Shown: positions 12,528-63,554, numbered from the stretch's first letter. The stretch is DNA of 64,000 bases from Podarcis vaucheri (GCA_965113315.1 OZ220368.1); one strand, 5' to 3'. The notes: generated by a model not told the origin, from the sequence alone. Made by a program: numbers and translations.

Positions 12528-13675
12528 AATAATAATAATAATAATAATAATTTATTATTTGTACCCCGCCCATCTGGCTGGGTTTCCCCAGCCACTCTGG
12601 GCGGCTTCCACAGAAACCAAAAAACACTAAAATATCATACATTAAAAGCTTCCCTGAATAGGGCCGCCTTAAGATGTCTTCTGAATGTCAGGTAGTTGTC
12701 CATCACCTTGACATCCAATGGGAGGGCATTCCACAGGGCGGGCGCCACCACCGAAAAGGCCCTCTGCCTGGTTCCCTGTAGCTTCGCTTCTCGTAATGAG
12801 GGAACCGCCAGAAGGCCCTCGGCGCTGGACCTCAGTGTCCGGGCAGAACGATGGGGGTGGAGACGCTCCTTCAGGTATACTGGGCCGAAGCCGTTTAGGG
12901 CTTTAAAGGTCAACACCAGCACTTTGAATTGTGCTCGGAAACGTACTGGGAGCCAATGTAGGTCTTTCAAGACCGGTGTTATGTGGTCTCGGCGGCCGCC
13001 CCCAGTCACCAGTCTAGCTGCCGCATTCTGGATTAGCTGTAGTTTCCGAGTCACCTTCAAAGGTAGCCCCACGTAGAGCGCATTGCAGTAGTCCAAGCGG
13101 GAGATAACTAGAGCATGCACCACTCTGGCCAGACAGTCCGCGGGCAGGTAGGGTCTCAGCCTGCGTACCAGGTGGAGTTGGTAGACAGCTGCCCTGGATA
13201 CAGAATTGACCTGCGCCTCCATGGACAGCTGTGAGTCCAAAATGACTCCCAGGCTACGCACCTGGTCCTTCAGGGGCACAGTTACCCTATTCAGGACCAG
13301 GGAGTCCTCCACACCAGCCCGCCTCCTGTCCCCCAAAAACAGTACTTCTGTCTTGTCAGGATTCAACTTCAATCCATTAGCCGCCATCCATCCTCCAACC
13401 GCCTCCAGGCACTCACACAGGACCTTCACCGCCTTCACTGGTTCTGATTTGAAAGAGAGGTAGAGCTGGGTATCATCTGCATATTGATGGACACCCAGTC
13501 CAAACCCCCTGATGATCTCTCCCAGCGGCTTCATATAGATGTTAAAAAGCATGGGGGAGAGGACGGAACCCTGAGGCACCCCACAAGTGAGGGCCCAAGG
13601 GTCTGAACACTCATCCCCCACCACCACTTTCTGAACACGGCCCAGGAGGAAGGAGCGAAACCACTGTATAACCAC
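12528..13675 (-). mobile_element. Young 5'-truncated L2-clade LINE (RT C-terminal half, 3' UTR and ATT-repeat tail)
   Basis: Uninterrupted ORF 12635-13723 with GVPQGSVLSPMLFNIY, QYADDTQLY, LNPDKTE, SRLDYCNALY and HWLPVRFR. CpG-rich. (AAT)n tail at 12528-12552 on the plus strand. Confidence 0.95.
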
Positions 13676-14834
13676 TCTGGGGTACTGACCAGAACAGTTT
13701 CTAGGAGGTAGGGACAGAACCACTTTAAAATGCTAATTTAGCAGATGTTACCAAGATGCTTAGAATTTTCAGAGGGGAATGACTCTTGCAGTCGCTGAGA
13801 GAACCTTCTTCTTCTTGTTGTTGGCATCCCTTGATGTCACTAAAATATAATACACTTAAATATTATCCAGTGGTGATCCCTTAAAGATTAAAGAGGGAAG
13901 AGTTGCAGAATTGATCACTTCAAAAGGGTGGATGGGGCACTAATTCTAAAGGAAGAGGGTGAATATTTCAGCAATATTTTTTGTGGGGGTTTTTGTTTGC
14001 ATTTCACAAGCACTTCAAGTACATGACTTCCAATATAAAGTAATCACACTGAAATTGACTCAGAGGAATAATTAGAAACATGATCCTATCAGCCTACTTT
14101 AATAGAGGCAGTTTGGTTTTAGAGAGGATTTTTGTATTCTTTTTTTTTTAGGACTAAAAAGGTGCCTGCTATATCCTCTCCAATGCATAAACCAAGCCAA
14201 AGGCAGTGTCCTCAGCATTTGCTAATGAGGCAGCCTCTGAATATAGGATGTTCCAGTTAGCTGCTATTGATAGACTGACATGCCATGAATGTGTGAATGT
14301 ATTTAATCTTGTAGTGATAGGCATGGACAGACACACACAACAAGGAAGACTCTAGATAATCATGACAGAAGAATTACATTTTTAGGGATCATATGTACAA
14401 ACAGTCATTCTAAACACATTTTGGTGTTCTGCTGCCAATGGGAAGGTCAGGAGAAATCTCTCCTTGTGGTATGGTATAGTCCATGGAAAGAAAATATTAA
14501 TTGATGTTGTGCTTTAGTTTATATGGTCAGTTGCAGGCAGAGTAGACTATAACTACCCTCTGCTGTGCAGATGGGTAAGTACATCCAATCCTGCCACCAT
14601 CAAAACCTCATGCAGATGCACTCTTAAAAACAGCCCCCATATCCTTAATTAAAAATACAGAGAAAATCACAGACGTGGGTGGATTAGAGATGCATAATAT
14701 TTAGTTGTTTCATTTATACACAAAACACACAGAGACGTATACAAAGGAAGACAGTAGGCATTTCTGTGCTGACTTATCTTCGTTAGAAGGAAAGCCTAGT
14801 CCTGAAAGGAGAAAGGGGTGGTCTTCCTCCTTTC

Positions 14835-24697
<9,863 letters not shown>

Positions 24698-24804
24698 GAG
24701 GAGTGACTGCTGCTGCTGTTCCACAAAGGGTGGTGTTTATTTGGAAGGCACTGGGCACTTGTTCTTCCTTGCAGGAAAGGACTACAACAGCATATGGAGT
24801 TTCT

Positions 24805-24932
24805 ATAGTTGCTATGCTGGTAACTGGCAGGTGGTGCTAGCCAGCCAAAATGATGCAGCAAAGTAGCCCAGAGTGATTGGAATAATCACCATGGCAGTAG
24901 CTACTGTTTATGTTTGCTGTTACCTAAGATCT
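24805..24932 (-). promoter_or_regulatory. Candidate CCDC17 proximal regulatory region with RFX X-box-like and forkhead motifs
   Basis: GTTGCTATG..GGTAAC (24808-24824), ATCACCATGGCAGT (24885-24898), GTTACCTAAGAT (24919-24930), TGTTTA (24905-24910) and a CCAAT box on the minus strand (24876-24880), 110-235 bp upstream of the ATG. All X-box matches are imperfect. Confidence 0.4.
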
Positions 24933-25189
24933 GTGTGTGCACCTGGTCTCTATTTGCTTTTTATATTTCTGACAGGGCCCTTTCTGTGATAGCACTCTGT
25001 AATATCTGGCCTGGATTGTGTGCTACTGCAAGCCTAATCCACAAGCACTTCAATAAAAATGTTTATGTACATATAGTCCATTCCTAACCATATGTACAAA
25101 GTGGAAAAAAGTTTATGACATGAAAAGGTGTAATAATAAAAAGGCCTAAAGTAAATGCAATACATAATATTAACCAAATCAGTAAGAGC

Positions 25190-25877
25190 TGTTACTGGGA
25201 AACTCTAAGTGCAATCTGAGTGAGGCAAGGAAGGAAGGGCTACCCCTACATTATTCATATAACCAGTTATCAATAATCAATATATTCAATATATGCTTAC
25301 ATGAATCAAGGATTACAGTATTTTATAAATCCACTTGAATCAAAAGGGAAGCTGTGCCTTAGCAAAAATGCAAACTGCTTGGAACAGCAAAGTTAGGAAC
25401 CGACCTTTCCCCTAGAAACATCTGTGCACCCCGGACAAGACATGAGTCAGGGATGCTGGTACAAATTCCCCATCAGGAACAGGCTAAATTAATCCACAGA
25501 ACAGGAAGAGCAAAACCACAAAATGTCCAAGCTCCCTGTCCTGTCATAACTAGGGGAAAGGTTAGACTGAGCGTCACTGGAGCATTGGAAAGCGGAACTT
25601 GAACCCTGTGCAGGACCAGTGCTATACCAGTAGCTAGGAGCGTGACAACTGCTTGCTGATTGGCTGATATTTTGCTGACCAAGTTATGAATCCTTCATGA
25701 TTGTCTTATGATCTATGATTTGCTGTGATTTGCTCAGGTATAAAGACCCCTGTATTTCTGTCAATCGGGGTCCCAGTTCTTTGGAAGAGATTCCAACTGG
25801 GTCCTTATTGCCTGGCAATAAACTTCACCTTCTTATTCTCCATTGCTGCGTCTGGCTGATCCTTATCCCTTGCAACA
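25190..25877 (+). mobile_element. Candidate solo LTR (ERV or LTR retrotransposon)
   Basis: Termini TGTTAC...GCAACA. ATTGG at about 25659, TATAAA 25739-25744 and AATAAA 25817-25822 lie in U3-R-U5 order. No clean target-site duplication. Confidence 0.65.
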
Positions 25878-26099
25878 TGAGAATCCAAGAAGGAGCTGAG
25901 TCTATAATACCTGGTTGGGGTGTCAGCCACCTCCCTGCATCAGTCACTAGAGGGGAGGGACAGTTAAGGAGAGTGTATATTCTTAAAGCAATTCCATTCT
26001 TCTTCTTCTGTTGTTTATATGCAGGGCAATAAAGGCTGTCCCTACACTCCGGCATTCGTGCATACATGGGTCTGTTTCCACGTGCACATTTGTGCGCCT

Positions 26100-26510
26100 T
26101 TGACTTGGAAAAGGGTCAGAAAGGGGCAACCTAAATGATAAATGGGATGGAGCAACTCACCTGGGAAGAAAGGTGGCACAGCATTTGGGACTTCTTAGTT
26201 TAAAGAAAAGGTGAGTAAGTGGTGACATAATAAAAGATTATACAATTATGCATGGTATGGAGAAAAAGGATAAAGATTTTCTTCCTCTCTCATAATGCTA
26301 GAACTCAAGGACATCCAATGAAGCTGAATGTTGGAAGATTTGGAACAGATAAAAGTAGTTTAAATATGCAGCATATTTAATATAAAATAGTTTTAATATA
26401 ATATATTTAATATAAAATAATTTAATATAAAAGTAATTTAAATATGCAGCATATTAAATATTTAAACTAAGGAACTTGCTCCCACAGGACGCATTGATGG
26501 CCACCAGCAC
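26100..26510 (+). mobile_element. CR1 LINE fragment interrupted by an AT-rich low-complexity expansion
   Basis: Similar to the CR1 copy at 8000-8245 (GGAAAAGG..CAGAAAGGGGCAACC; CTCTCTCATAATGCTAGAACTC...CCAATGAAGCTGAATGTTGGAAGATT). AT-rich repeat at about 26350-26465. Confidence 0.8.
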
Positions 26511-26579
26511 AGGGAAAATGTATTTATGGGGAGTGTGATAACCCTAAAAGAAAGTGCAGAAACAGACACCAAGTACTGG

Positions 26580-26820
26580 TATCATAGAATCATAGAAATT
26601 GTAGAATTGGAAAGGACTCCAAGGGCTATCTAGTCCAACCCCCTGCAATGCAGGAATCTCAACTAAAGCATCCATGACAGGTGGCCAGCCAGTGCTAAAA
26701 ACCTCCAGTGAAGGACAGTCCACAACCTTCTCAGGGAGTCTGTTCCACTGTCAAACAGCTCTTACTGTCAAAGTGCTTCTTGATGTTTAGTCAGAATCTG
26801 CTTTCATGTAACTTCAATCT
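26580..26820 (-). mobile_element. CR1 LINE 3' end in reverse orientation
   Basis: ATCATAGAATCATAGAA is the reverse complement of the CR1 terminal (ATTCTATG)n repeat, followed by CATCTAGTCCAACCCCCTGC-like sequence. Confidence 0.8.
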
Positions 26821-27195
26821 TTCGGGTTGGCAACTTTGTTATTGCTGAGTTTGAGACTAGAATTTGAAAAGAAAATTTGTTGGCAAATATATTTTTTAGT
26901 ATGAAATCCTCTTTTTGAAAAAGGGCATTTTTTTTCTTCCTTGGAGATGATAGATTGAAAAGAAACTAATCATTAGTGTGTTGTCACATAGCCAAGTGTA
27001 GATTTTCATGGGGCCTTGCTACTTCCTGCCTGTTAGTTACATTGCTCACTGCGTAATTATCCAGTGGTATCATTTTTCCAAGTACTGTATGTAGAAAATT
27101 GAACCACCATTATGAACAAGACCCAACAAGTCTGTAGCAGCAAGGGAAGCCACTGACAGATATGGGCATCCAGCCGCTGCTGACGGCTTGGGTGA

Positions 27196-27425
27196 GGGCG
27201 GGGCGTAAAGCAGGAAGAGTTTGTGAGCTTATTTTGCATTTAGTCACAACCATAATGCAGTGCGCTGAATTAATTCTTTTATCTGTATTTTCTGTTTATT
27301 TCTGTTGTGAAATATTACATGTGCTGGTTCTAAAAGCAAGTAGAAATTTCGGAATATAACTCATTGTTGAAAAGCAAGATTTTAACCCTTGGTTTAAAGG
27401 AGTTGCTGTCACCTAAGAAGCAGGC
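27196..27425 (+). promoter_or_regulatory. snRNA-type Pol II promoter of the U5 gene (DSE and PSE)
   Basis: GC box GGGCGGGGC 27196-27204, octamer-like ATTTTGCAT 27231-27239, SPH/ZNF143-like CAACCATAATGCAGTGCG 27247-27264 (about -200 to -270), and a TCACC-core PSE at about 27409 (about -55). Confidence 0.75.
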
Positions 27426-27463
27426 GTGGTTACTCCAGCAAATCTACCACGGTGCTTAAGTTT

Positions 27464-27580
27464 ATACTCTGGTTTCTCTTCAGATCGTATAAATCTTTCG
27501 CCTTTTACTAAAGATTTCCGTGGAGAGGAACAGTTATGAGTTTACAACTAATTTTTTGAGGCCCCGCTTCGGTGGGGCTA
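27464..27580 (+). ncRNA. RNU5: U5 spliceosomal snRNA
   Basis: ATACTCTGGTTTCTCTTCAGATCGTATAAATCTTTCGCCTTTTACTAAAGATTTCCGTGGAGAGGAACA... with invariant loop 1 GCCTTTTAC, Sm site AATTTTTTGA and 3' hairpin GGCCCCGC-TTCG-GTGGGGCT. 3' box GTTAAAAATAGA at 27591-27602. Confidence 0.98.
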
Positions 27581-28319
27581 CTTTTTTGCTGTTAAAAATA
27601 GATTTGAATGCTTACAACTTCACAAAGGTCAACAGGCATAGAACAGTGTTGTTAAAAGCATGATGCTGTTAGTTTCCTTTAATGCCGACCCATAGCGAAG
27701 TTTTATACGTGTTTAGGCGGAAGCAAGAATTTAAAAAGACTGCTTATTTTGAAGTTACCGGTAATTACGATTTACTGTATATCAATGAATGAAGGACTGC
27801 CGGAAATGTAGCGTTCTGATCGCTAGCCCATCGGACTTGGGGAACCCTGTGCAAATGCCCCCTCCGCCACAAAACTCCCTCGGTGACATTGGGCTTGTGT
27901 CTCTCAGGCAGCCCATCTTATAAGGGTGTAAAGGGAATAAAAACGGGTGGCGGGGTGCCTGAGCTTGAAGGAAGAGCGGAATAAAATGCCATGAATACGA
28001 TATGTGCATAATACAGTACTGAATTTTGGCAATCGTCACGAGATTCCCATAGATTCAAAAAAGGAAAAGTATACCAAAAGGCAAAAATAAATGAATCGGG
28101 CAAAACGCAAAAAAGGTTGAAAACGGAAAAGTTAAAAATTACGAGATACCAATTAATCTGCACTAAAAGACCCCGTCATTCGTCTACCTATATAGCTGCT
28201 TCTCCATCACAAGAGAGGCCACATCCCCCTTAGAACGCTCCTCCGGGTAGGCTCATTGTCATTAACTTTGGCTTGCACGTCATTTTCGGAAGTGTAAAAC
28301 TCCAGAAAACATGGGGAAA

Positions 28320-28535
28320 CAATTAGGGGGCAGGCGCCGCAAGTCGTGCTGGTAGATGTAGTTTTTTTTGTAGGCATTTACGTCACCTGACAGACGTAGC
28401 TTCCCGGCAGGCTTTGCGGCGCGCCCCGTTCAAAACGGCGGCAGTTGATTCGCTGCTTCTTTTCGATACCGGTCTGTGAAGTGAGAGGTGCTCCTTTTTT
28501 TTGCTGACGCTAGAGAACCAGACTTTTCCAGTACT
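28320..28535 (+). promoter_or_regulatory. KIF2C CpG-rich promoter and 5' UTR with cell-cycle and ZNF143-type motifs
   Basis: CpG enrichment at about 27.7-28.9 kb. CHR-type TTCAAA 28429-28434 next to GGCGCGCC. ZNF143-like TTCCCGGCAGGCTTTGCG 28401-28418 and ACTACATCTACCAGC on the minus strand (28348-28362). CRE-like TACGTCA 28379-28385. Confidence 0.7.
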
Positions 28536-51020
<22,485 letters not shown>

Positions 51021-51292
51021 TTACCCACGTTAAATGAATTTCTTCCCTCTCTATTTGTCTGTCACTTCTTTGGTTTGCTGTTAACTGTATTTAAAATGCA
51101 AGCAGAAGGTTCATCCTATCTTGTTTGAGGGTTCCCTGTTTTGGGGAGAGGGTGCTATCCTTTATGCAGGCAAAGGAAAGTACTCTGCCAGAATGTGATG
51201 TTTCTGGGACCATTGCTCCTCTTCACAACTGAAGGCTAAGAAGAAGAGTTGCTTTGGTGTCTCTTGGTAAGCTTGTACATTTTTCTAGTGTA

Positions 51293-51298
51293 AATAAA
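51293..51298 (+). terminator. KIF2C polyadenylation signal AATAAA (second candidate at 51417-51422)
   Basis: AATAAA about 270 nt after the stop, with upstream TGTA motifs. Confidence 0.65.
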
Positions 51299-52364
51299 GT
51301 ATTTCACTAAATACTTTTGAAATGTTAACATTGAATGCAATCCAGTGAATCTTGAGCTGGTTTTGCTGTTTGAGACTTTTTAAAATATAAATAATCAGTA
51401 ATTGAAGCAGTTTATAAATAAATATTTCTGAATGCATCAAGTCCTGTATTGTGAGGGGTTTGAAGTGTGTTCTGCAGGTCTTCTGCTGTTCTTGGAGGCT
51501 ACTTGTATATGTTGGATTTGTATGCACATCTGGCTTGGAGAGCAACAACTTGGTAAGGACAGCTTGCTTACTTTCAACCTTATCTATTACATCTAAAAGA
51601 GAATTTGAGATTTGTCAGTAAGACTGGTTATAAACATATTTTACTTAGAAATACTATGGGAAGAGTTCAGCATTGTGCTTGCCAGGTAGACCAGTTTCCC
51701 ATCTTCCTATTGACGTGACTTGTTGTGCTAGCACAACGATTTAGCTGAATCTGGCCTTTTATCTTGGTTTTCAACTGGTTTTGTTTCAGAGGATGGCAGC
51801 AATTGTACTGACTAGTATACTTACTAGAGGAAGTCTATTGAACTTGGTGAATCTTTGCCCCCCCCCCTAAATATTTACAGGAGCATGGGAAGAATGTTTA
51901 GGACTATAACTTGAACACAGTAGGCAATCCTAGTCCAGCTAGGTTGTGATGACAGTCAAGGTTGTTTCTATTTTGGTTGAACTTTAAGGAAAGATGGTCC
52001 CTATTTATGAGAAATGTTCAGGGGTTCTGGAAAAATGTGGGTGGTCAACGCTAGTCAAAACTTCTGTACTCTATCATTTTTGCTAATGGAACAACAGGAA
52101 GAGGACAAGATTGAATTCATCTGACCTTTTTCCAGGTTGTATAAAAAAAAATTACTAACACAGGTAAGGGTAGAAAGTGGAGCTAATCACCTTGTAGGCT
52201 AGTTAAATGAAAAAAAATACTGGAGTTCTATAGAGAGCTGGAAGGCAAATTATTTGAAAGATGTAATGAGATAATATTAGAGGACTTAATGCGGTGGTGT
52301 TGACAGAAAACGATAAAACAACTAAGGAACTCCAGTAAAGGAATGGATAAGGATGTGATATGCT

Positions 52365-55300
52365 GGTAATGTGGTTGTAAGAGGCTTCTTTATTCAACAA
52401 AATGCATTTTATAGAAAGAAAAGAGGAAGAAAAAGAATTTTGAAGGAAATGATGTGTTATGAAAAAATATTAGAGGACAAACCAGGTGATAAAGTTTGTA
52501 TTCAGAAACTGAAAATACTACAAACGCAGTTTGCCATGATCACACAGAATGAAATAGAGCAACGACTAAAAAGCTTTAAAACAAAAACAATTTGAGTTTG
52601 CCAATAAGCTGGGAAAGTTACTAGCGTGGCAGCTTCAAAGGGAGAAAACCCCCAATATAATAAACAAGATAATAGTAGGGGAAGAGGGTATATAACCAAA
52701 AAGAATTCAGAAAAGAAATTTTAAGATACTACTCAATTTTGTACGTGAATGGAAAGGAGAGTGAGAAAGACATAGAAGAATATTTGCAAAAATGTTATCT
52801 ACCACAGCTAACAAAGGACGAAGTAGATAGTCTGAATGCCCCCATCTCAATGACGGAAATAGATGTACCTATCAAGCAGGCAAAGTCTGGCAAACCACCT
52901 GGTCTGGATGGACTTTCAGTCGCATATTATAAAACATTAAGAGAAACATTACCACGCCCCTTAAAGATATTATGAATGAAAGTTTATAAGGGAGAACAAT
53001 ACCAACATCGTAGAAGAACGTTTACATTACTCTAATCCCCAAACAGGGGATTAGATCAGGATATACTCCAACCCAAGACCTACAGGCTGATCTCCTTACT
53101 GAACAATGATTATAAGTTGTGCACTGCAATAATGGCAAAAAAGCTGATGGTGGTCCTAGAATCACCTATTCATGAGGATCAAGCAGGTTGTTTTTTTACC
53201 AAGGAATAATACTAGAAATGTGATCAAATACTTGGAAAAAAGAAATGAAAAAGAAGCAGCACTAATATTCCTCTATGCTGAAAAGGCCTTTGACAATGTG
53301 TTCTGGGTCTTCCTGAGGAAATTAGTGGAGAATGCTGTTCTGAATGCCATACTCTCTAATGGGATAAATGCAGTATACACAGAGCAATAGGCAAGCTTAA
53401 TAATAAATAGTAATGTCACAGAAAAAAGTAGTATCAAGAAGGGGACAAGGCCGGGATGCCCCCTGTTGCCACTGTTGTTTATCCTAATACGTATTAGAAG
53501 TGTTAACTAGAGAAATACGAAAAATGATGAAATAACAGGAATTAAAGTTGGGCAGAGAGAATACAAAGTGAAAGCCTTTGCGGACGACGTGTTGATGTTG
53601 GAAAATTCGATGGAAAGCGTCTCAAGGGCAATAGAAACTATAACAAAATTTGGCAACTTGGCAGGATTCTATATAAATAAGGAAAAAACAAAAATGATAG
53701 TAAAAAAATTAGACTTACAGGCAAAAGAAAGACTTGAGAATATGATGGGAATTAAAACAGAAAAATATTTGGGGATATGGATATCAGCTAAGAATTTAAA
53801 CCTTTTTCAGGATAACTATGTTAAAATCTGGAATGAAATAAAAAGAATCTAGAAAAATGGACTAGACTGAACCTTTCTTTGTTAGGAAGAATATCCGCAG
53901 TCAAAATGAATGTTTTGCCCAAGATGATCTTCTTATTTCAAACACTCGTGGTAATAGCCCAAACTGTTTCAAAATGTGAAAATAGGACGTGACAAACTTC
54001 ATTTGGTAGGGGGGAAACCCGAATTAAGTATACAAATCTGACAGATGTAAGAGAAAGAGGGGACTTTGCCCTTCCAGACCTTAGATTTTATTATGAGGCA
54101 GCGTGTCTTTGTTGGATGAAAGAATAGATGGAGCTAAGAGATACCAACATTTTAGACCTAGAAGGTTTTGATCTACACTTTGAATGGCAGGCATATCTGC
54201 ATTACGACAAATCAAGGGTGCACAAAGGTTTCCAAAACCATGTCATAAGTATATACACGGTTTGGCAGCGACACAAAGATCTTTTAGAGAGAAAACCCCA
54301 AAAATGGATATCCCCAACTGAGGTGGTCTCAGTGAAAAGGTTGAATATGGACTAATGGGCCACTTACAAAGTTTAAAGAAGGAGGAGTTCACCTAAAAAA
54401 AGGAGAAGAGATTTGGGGTCATACTATAGATTGGTTTCAGTATTTTCAGGTGAACGAGTTACCGGTATTTAAAAGAGATAAGGAAAAGGGATTGGCGGAA
54501 ATGAGTTCAGAATTTGAAAAAAATGTATTAGGAAAGGATGATAAATTACTGGTAATCTCAAAATTTTATAAAGTGTTATTGGAGTGGGAGACCAAAGATG
54601 AGATGGTAAAGGCGACAATGACAAAATGGGCCATAGATATTGGTTGCAACATAGAATTGTCCACATGGGAAAAATTATGGGGGGGAAACCATGAATTTTT
54701 CTGCCTGTTATTAAGGAAAACCTACAAAAGATGATGTACCAGTGGTACTTGACAACCCAACAAATTAGTGAAAATGTATAAAAAAGGGTCTAATTTATGC
54801 TGGAAGTGCCACGAGGTAGAGGGAACCCTGATTCATATGTGGTGGTTGTGTAAATACTCTAGAGCAGGCATCCCCAAACTCGGCCCTCCAGCTGTTTTGG
54901 GATTACAACTCCCATCATCCCTAGCTAACAGGACTAGTGGTCAGGGATTATGGGAATTGTAGTCCCAAAACAGCTGGAGGGCCGAGTTTGGGTATGCCTG
55001 CTCTAAAGAATAATTAAAGATTTTAAAATTCACATTTCCCAAAAGACCAGAGGCCTTCCTGTTAGGGATAATCGATGATGGCATTCCAAAAAAGGCATTC
55101 AATATCTTTCTGCACGCAATCGCTGCAGCTAGAATAGTATATGCAAAAAAATGGAAAGAAGTAGAGATACCCACGAAGGAAACTTGGTAAAGCAAACTGA
55201 TAGAATATGTAGAATTAGTAACCTTGACTGCAAAACTAAGGAATAAGGATGAGTTAAAGAGAAGAGTAGAGTGGAGGTATTTTGGAGATTATCTTAGAGG

Positions 55301-55420
55301 GTACAATATACAATTTAACCTACAAGAGAGATGGATTGGGAAGTCGGGAAAAGAGATAAGTGATGGATACTGTGCAATGTGTGTATAAAGGCTGTTAAAG
55401 GTTCATAAATAAAAGTTTTA
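52365..55420 (+). mobile_element. Degenerate 5'-truncated L1-clade LINE ORF2
   Basis: Fragmented frames with [68 protein letters not shown] and the CCHC knuckle [24 protein letters not shown] near 55408. Many stops and frameshifts. Confidence 0.93.
54865..55000. mobile_element. Palindromic hAT-type MITE nested in the L1
   Basis: Near-perfect hairpin CAGGCATCCCCAAACTCGGCCCTCCAGCTGTTTTGGGA...TCCCAAAACAGCTGGAGGGCCGAGTTTGGGTATGCCTG with an 8-bp TSD CTCTAGAG/CTCTAAAG. Older related copies lie at about 19838-19955 and 47220-47330. Confidence 0.9.
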
Positions 55421-56212
55421 AAAACATTGTGGATTTATTTAAAATATTTATACCCAGCCTTTCTGCCTGACAAGACCAAGGTAGCCAACTTGGATAGAAA
55501 GGACTCCACTCCTTCGCTACTGTGGCTATTTCAACTGCTGCTCTTCAAAGGTTTCGTGGAGGGGAACACTACCCTCATGTGTGCAATTTAACAACCTAGG
55601 CCCATATAGTACCAAATGTTATTAGTCCCTGGGAGGTCTGGGTATTTTCTCACGCAGACATGAGAGTACGCAGCTCCTGGCTGTTCCTGTTATAAATGTT
55701 GCAAATGGACAGTGACCATAATCATGTCTATTTAAGTTAATGTGTTGGACTGTGATAGTCTTCATTCATGTAGAGGCAAGAATTCCATTTATGACTTCTG
55801 AAACTGGTCAAACACTGTTATTGAAATCTGTCAGTGTTAAACAATTTTATTGGCTTTATGCATTAATCATGTGCTTAAAAGAAAACTATCTCTGATGGCT
55901 ATTATTTTGAAAAAAGTCTACAAAAACATTTACAATTATTATTTATTTATTGAATTTATATACCGCCCTGTACCCAGAGGTCTCAGGGCGATTCACAGAA
56001 TAAAATCAATTATAGTGTCAGTCTGTTCTGAAACGGAAATTAATTTCTGCATTTCTGAGTTTTTGCATTTTATCAGTAGAATGGCAAAAAGTGTCAACTG
56101 TTTGGGCCATTTCATTGTAACTGTGAAGTTTAAAATTTGCACCTATTTGGACTACTCAAGAGCAAAGTAGTGTGTGGGTATGCTTCAGTATCCTTCCCCA
56201 AAGTGTTAAACA

Positions 56213-56214
<2 letters not shown>

Positions 56215-56255
<41 letters not shown>
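56215..56255. repeat. (GT)n microsatellite
   Basis: Direct dinucleotide run. Confidence 0.95.
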
Positions 56256-56257
<2 letters not shown>

Positions 56258-57529
56258 TTTATATATATACGGTATGTGCTTACACCCTATGAAGAAAAGT
56301 CTGATATATGCATGGATGTATCAGTGTAGCTTTCAAAGGATGGGAAGGATGCTGCTAATTTTGTCTACTGGCATTGCCAATTATAAAGTGAATTTAGGGT
56401 GTCATTACTGCATGCAAGTGTTAATTGATTCCTAAGATCTAAGGCATACAAAGTGGCTAAGGAGATGCTAATGGCATAGCATGCTTTCCAAGAGAAGAGA
56501 GCTAGGAGTTGGGAAACAACTGCTATGAAGTTTCAACATTTTATCTCCATCTCTATGAAGTAGATAGGCCTGATTTGTAAGCATACATACTATCCATTGT
56601 GCTAAAGTACACTTCAGGAAAAGAGCAGCCAAATCCTATACAAAACTAGCCGTATCTGAAATCAATGGGCTTAAGCATACGATTGCTCCTTAATTTCTCT
56701 TAAAGAGCTGTATTACTTCAAAAATCCCTTTATATAACTGTAAAGCCATGAAGTATTCAAGAGTGTGTTTATATGCTGAATGCATAACTAGAGAAGCCAT
56801 TGCTGCTTTCCCAGTAATGCTGCTAGAGAGTGGCAGTTTCTGTTTTTGGCTTGCAAATCATGTAAATGTTTTGCCTGTAATAATATTTCTCAAGAAAAGA
56901 ACATTGGGTCTTATGGTAGACTTCTGGATGCTCTACTACATTAGGGTTCAGTCTGTCTGCACAAAAATAAGTTGGCAAGGGGATTTAGAGTTCACGGTGT
57001 TAGAGCAGAGCAGCCTGCTAGATAAGGCCAAGCATTCTGTTCTCACAATGGCTAACCAGATGCCCATGTATCTTCTGTATGTTCATTTATTTCAGCTGAA
57101 CCTGCAAATTGGAGTGAAGTCTTGTGTCTGGTATGTATGATCACAGAGACTTAAATTTAGTTGTTCAGTACTGTTTTTATTTATTACATAGATATCCTGT
57201 CTCCTCAGAACTCAAAGTGGCTGTACAAGGGATTATTCCGTATTTTCATGACACAAATTAGTCTATGGGTATGTTGATGCAAAGGCAGCTGTTGAAGAAC
57301 AATTAGAGCAATTTGATGTGTCTGGTGGTTGATAACCAAACTAAGTACGGTAGATTTCAGATTTGAGAAAAGGGAGGGGGACAGGGACTCAAAGTCACCT
57401 GTCATAAGGCACTTGGAGCTTTGCATCTTTTTCTCATGGGGATGGGTAGTAGGGCCTGAAACAGAATGCATGAAAAAAATAGATGAAAATGAACAGCCCA
57501 ATAAATGAGGACAATTGAGAGGTCACTAA

Positions 57530-63554
<6,025 letters not shown>

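Noticed and set aside
12696-13463. Plus-strand ORFs of 126, 62 and 85 aa
   Set aside because: Antisense shadows of the GC-rich L2 ORF.
27808-27990. tRNA-like sequence between U5 and KIF2C (related sequence at about 22425-22580)
   Set aside because: No cloverleaf; it resembles a decayed tRNA-derived SINE and is too degenerate to assign.
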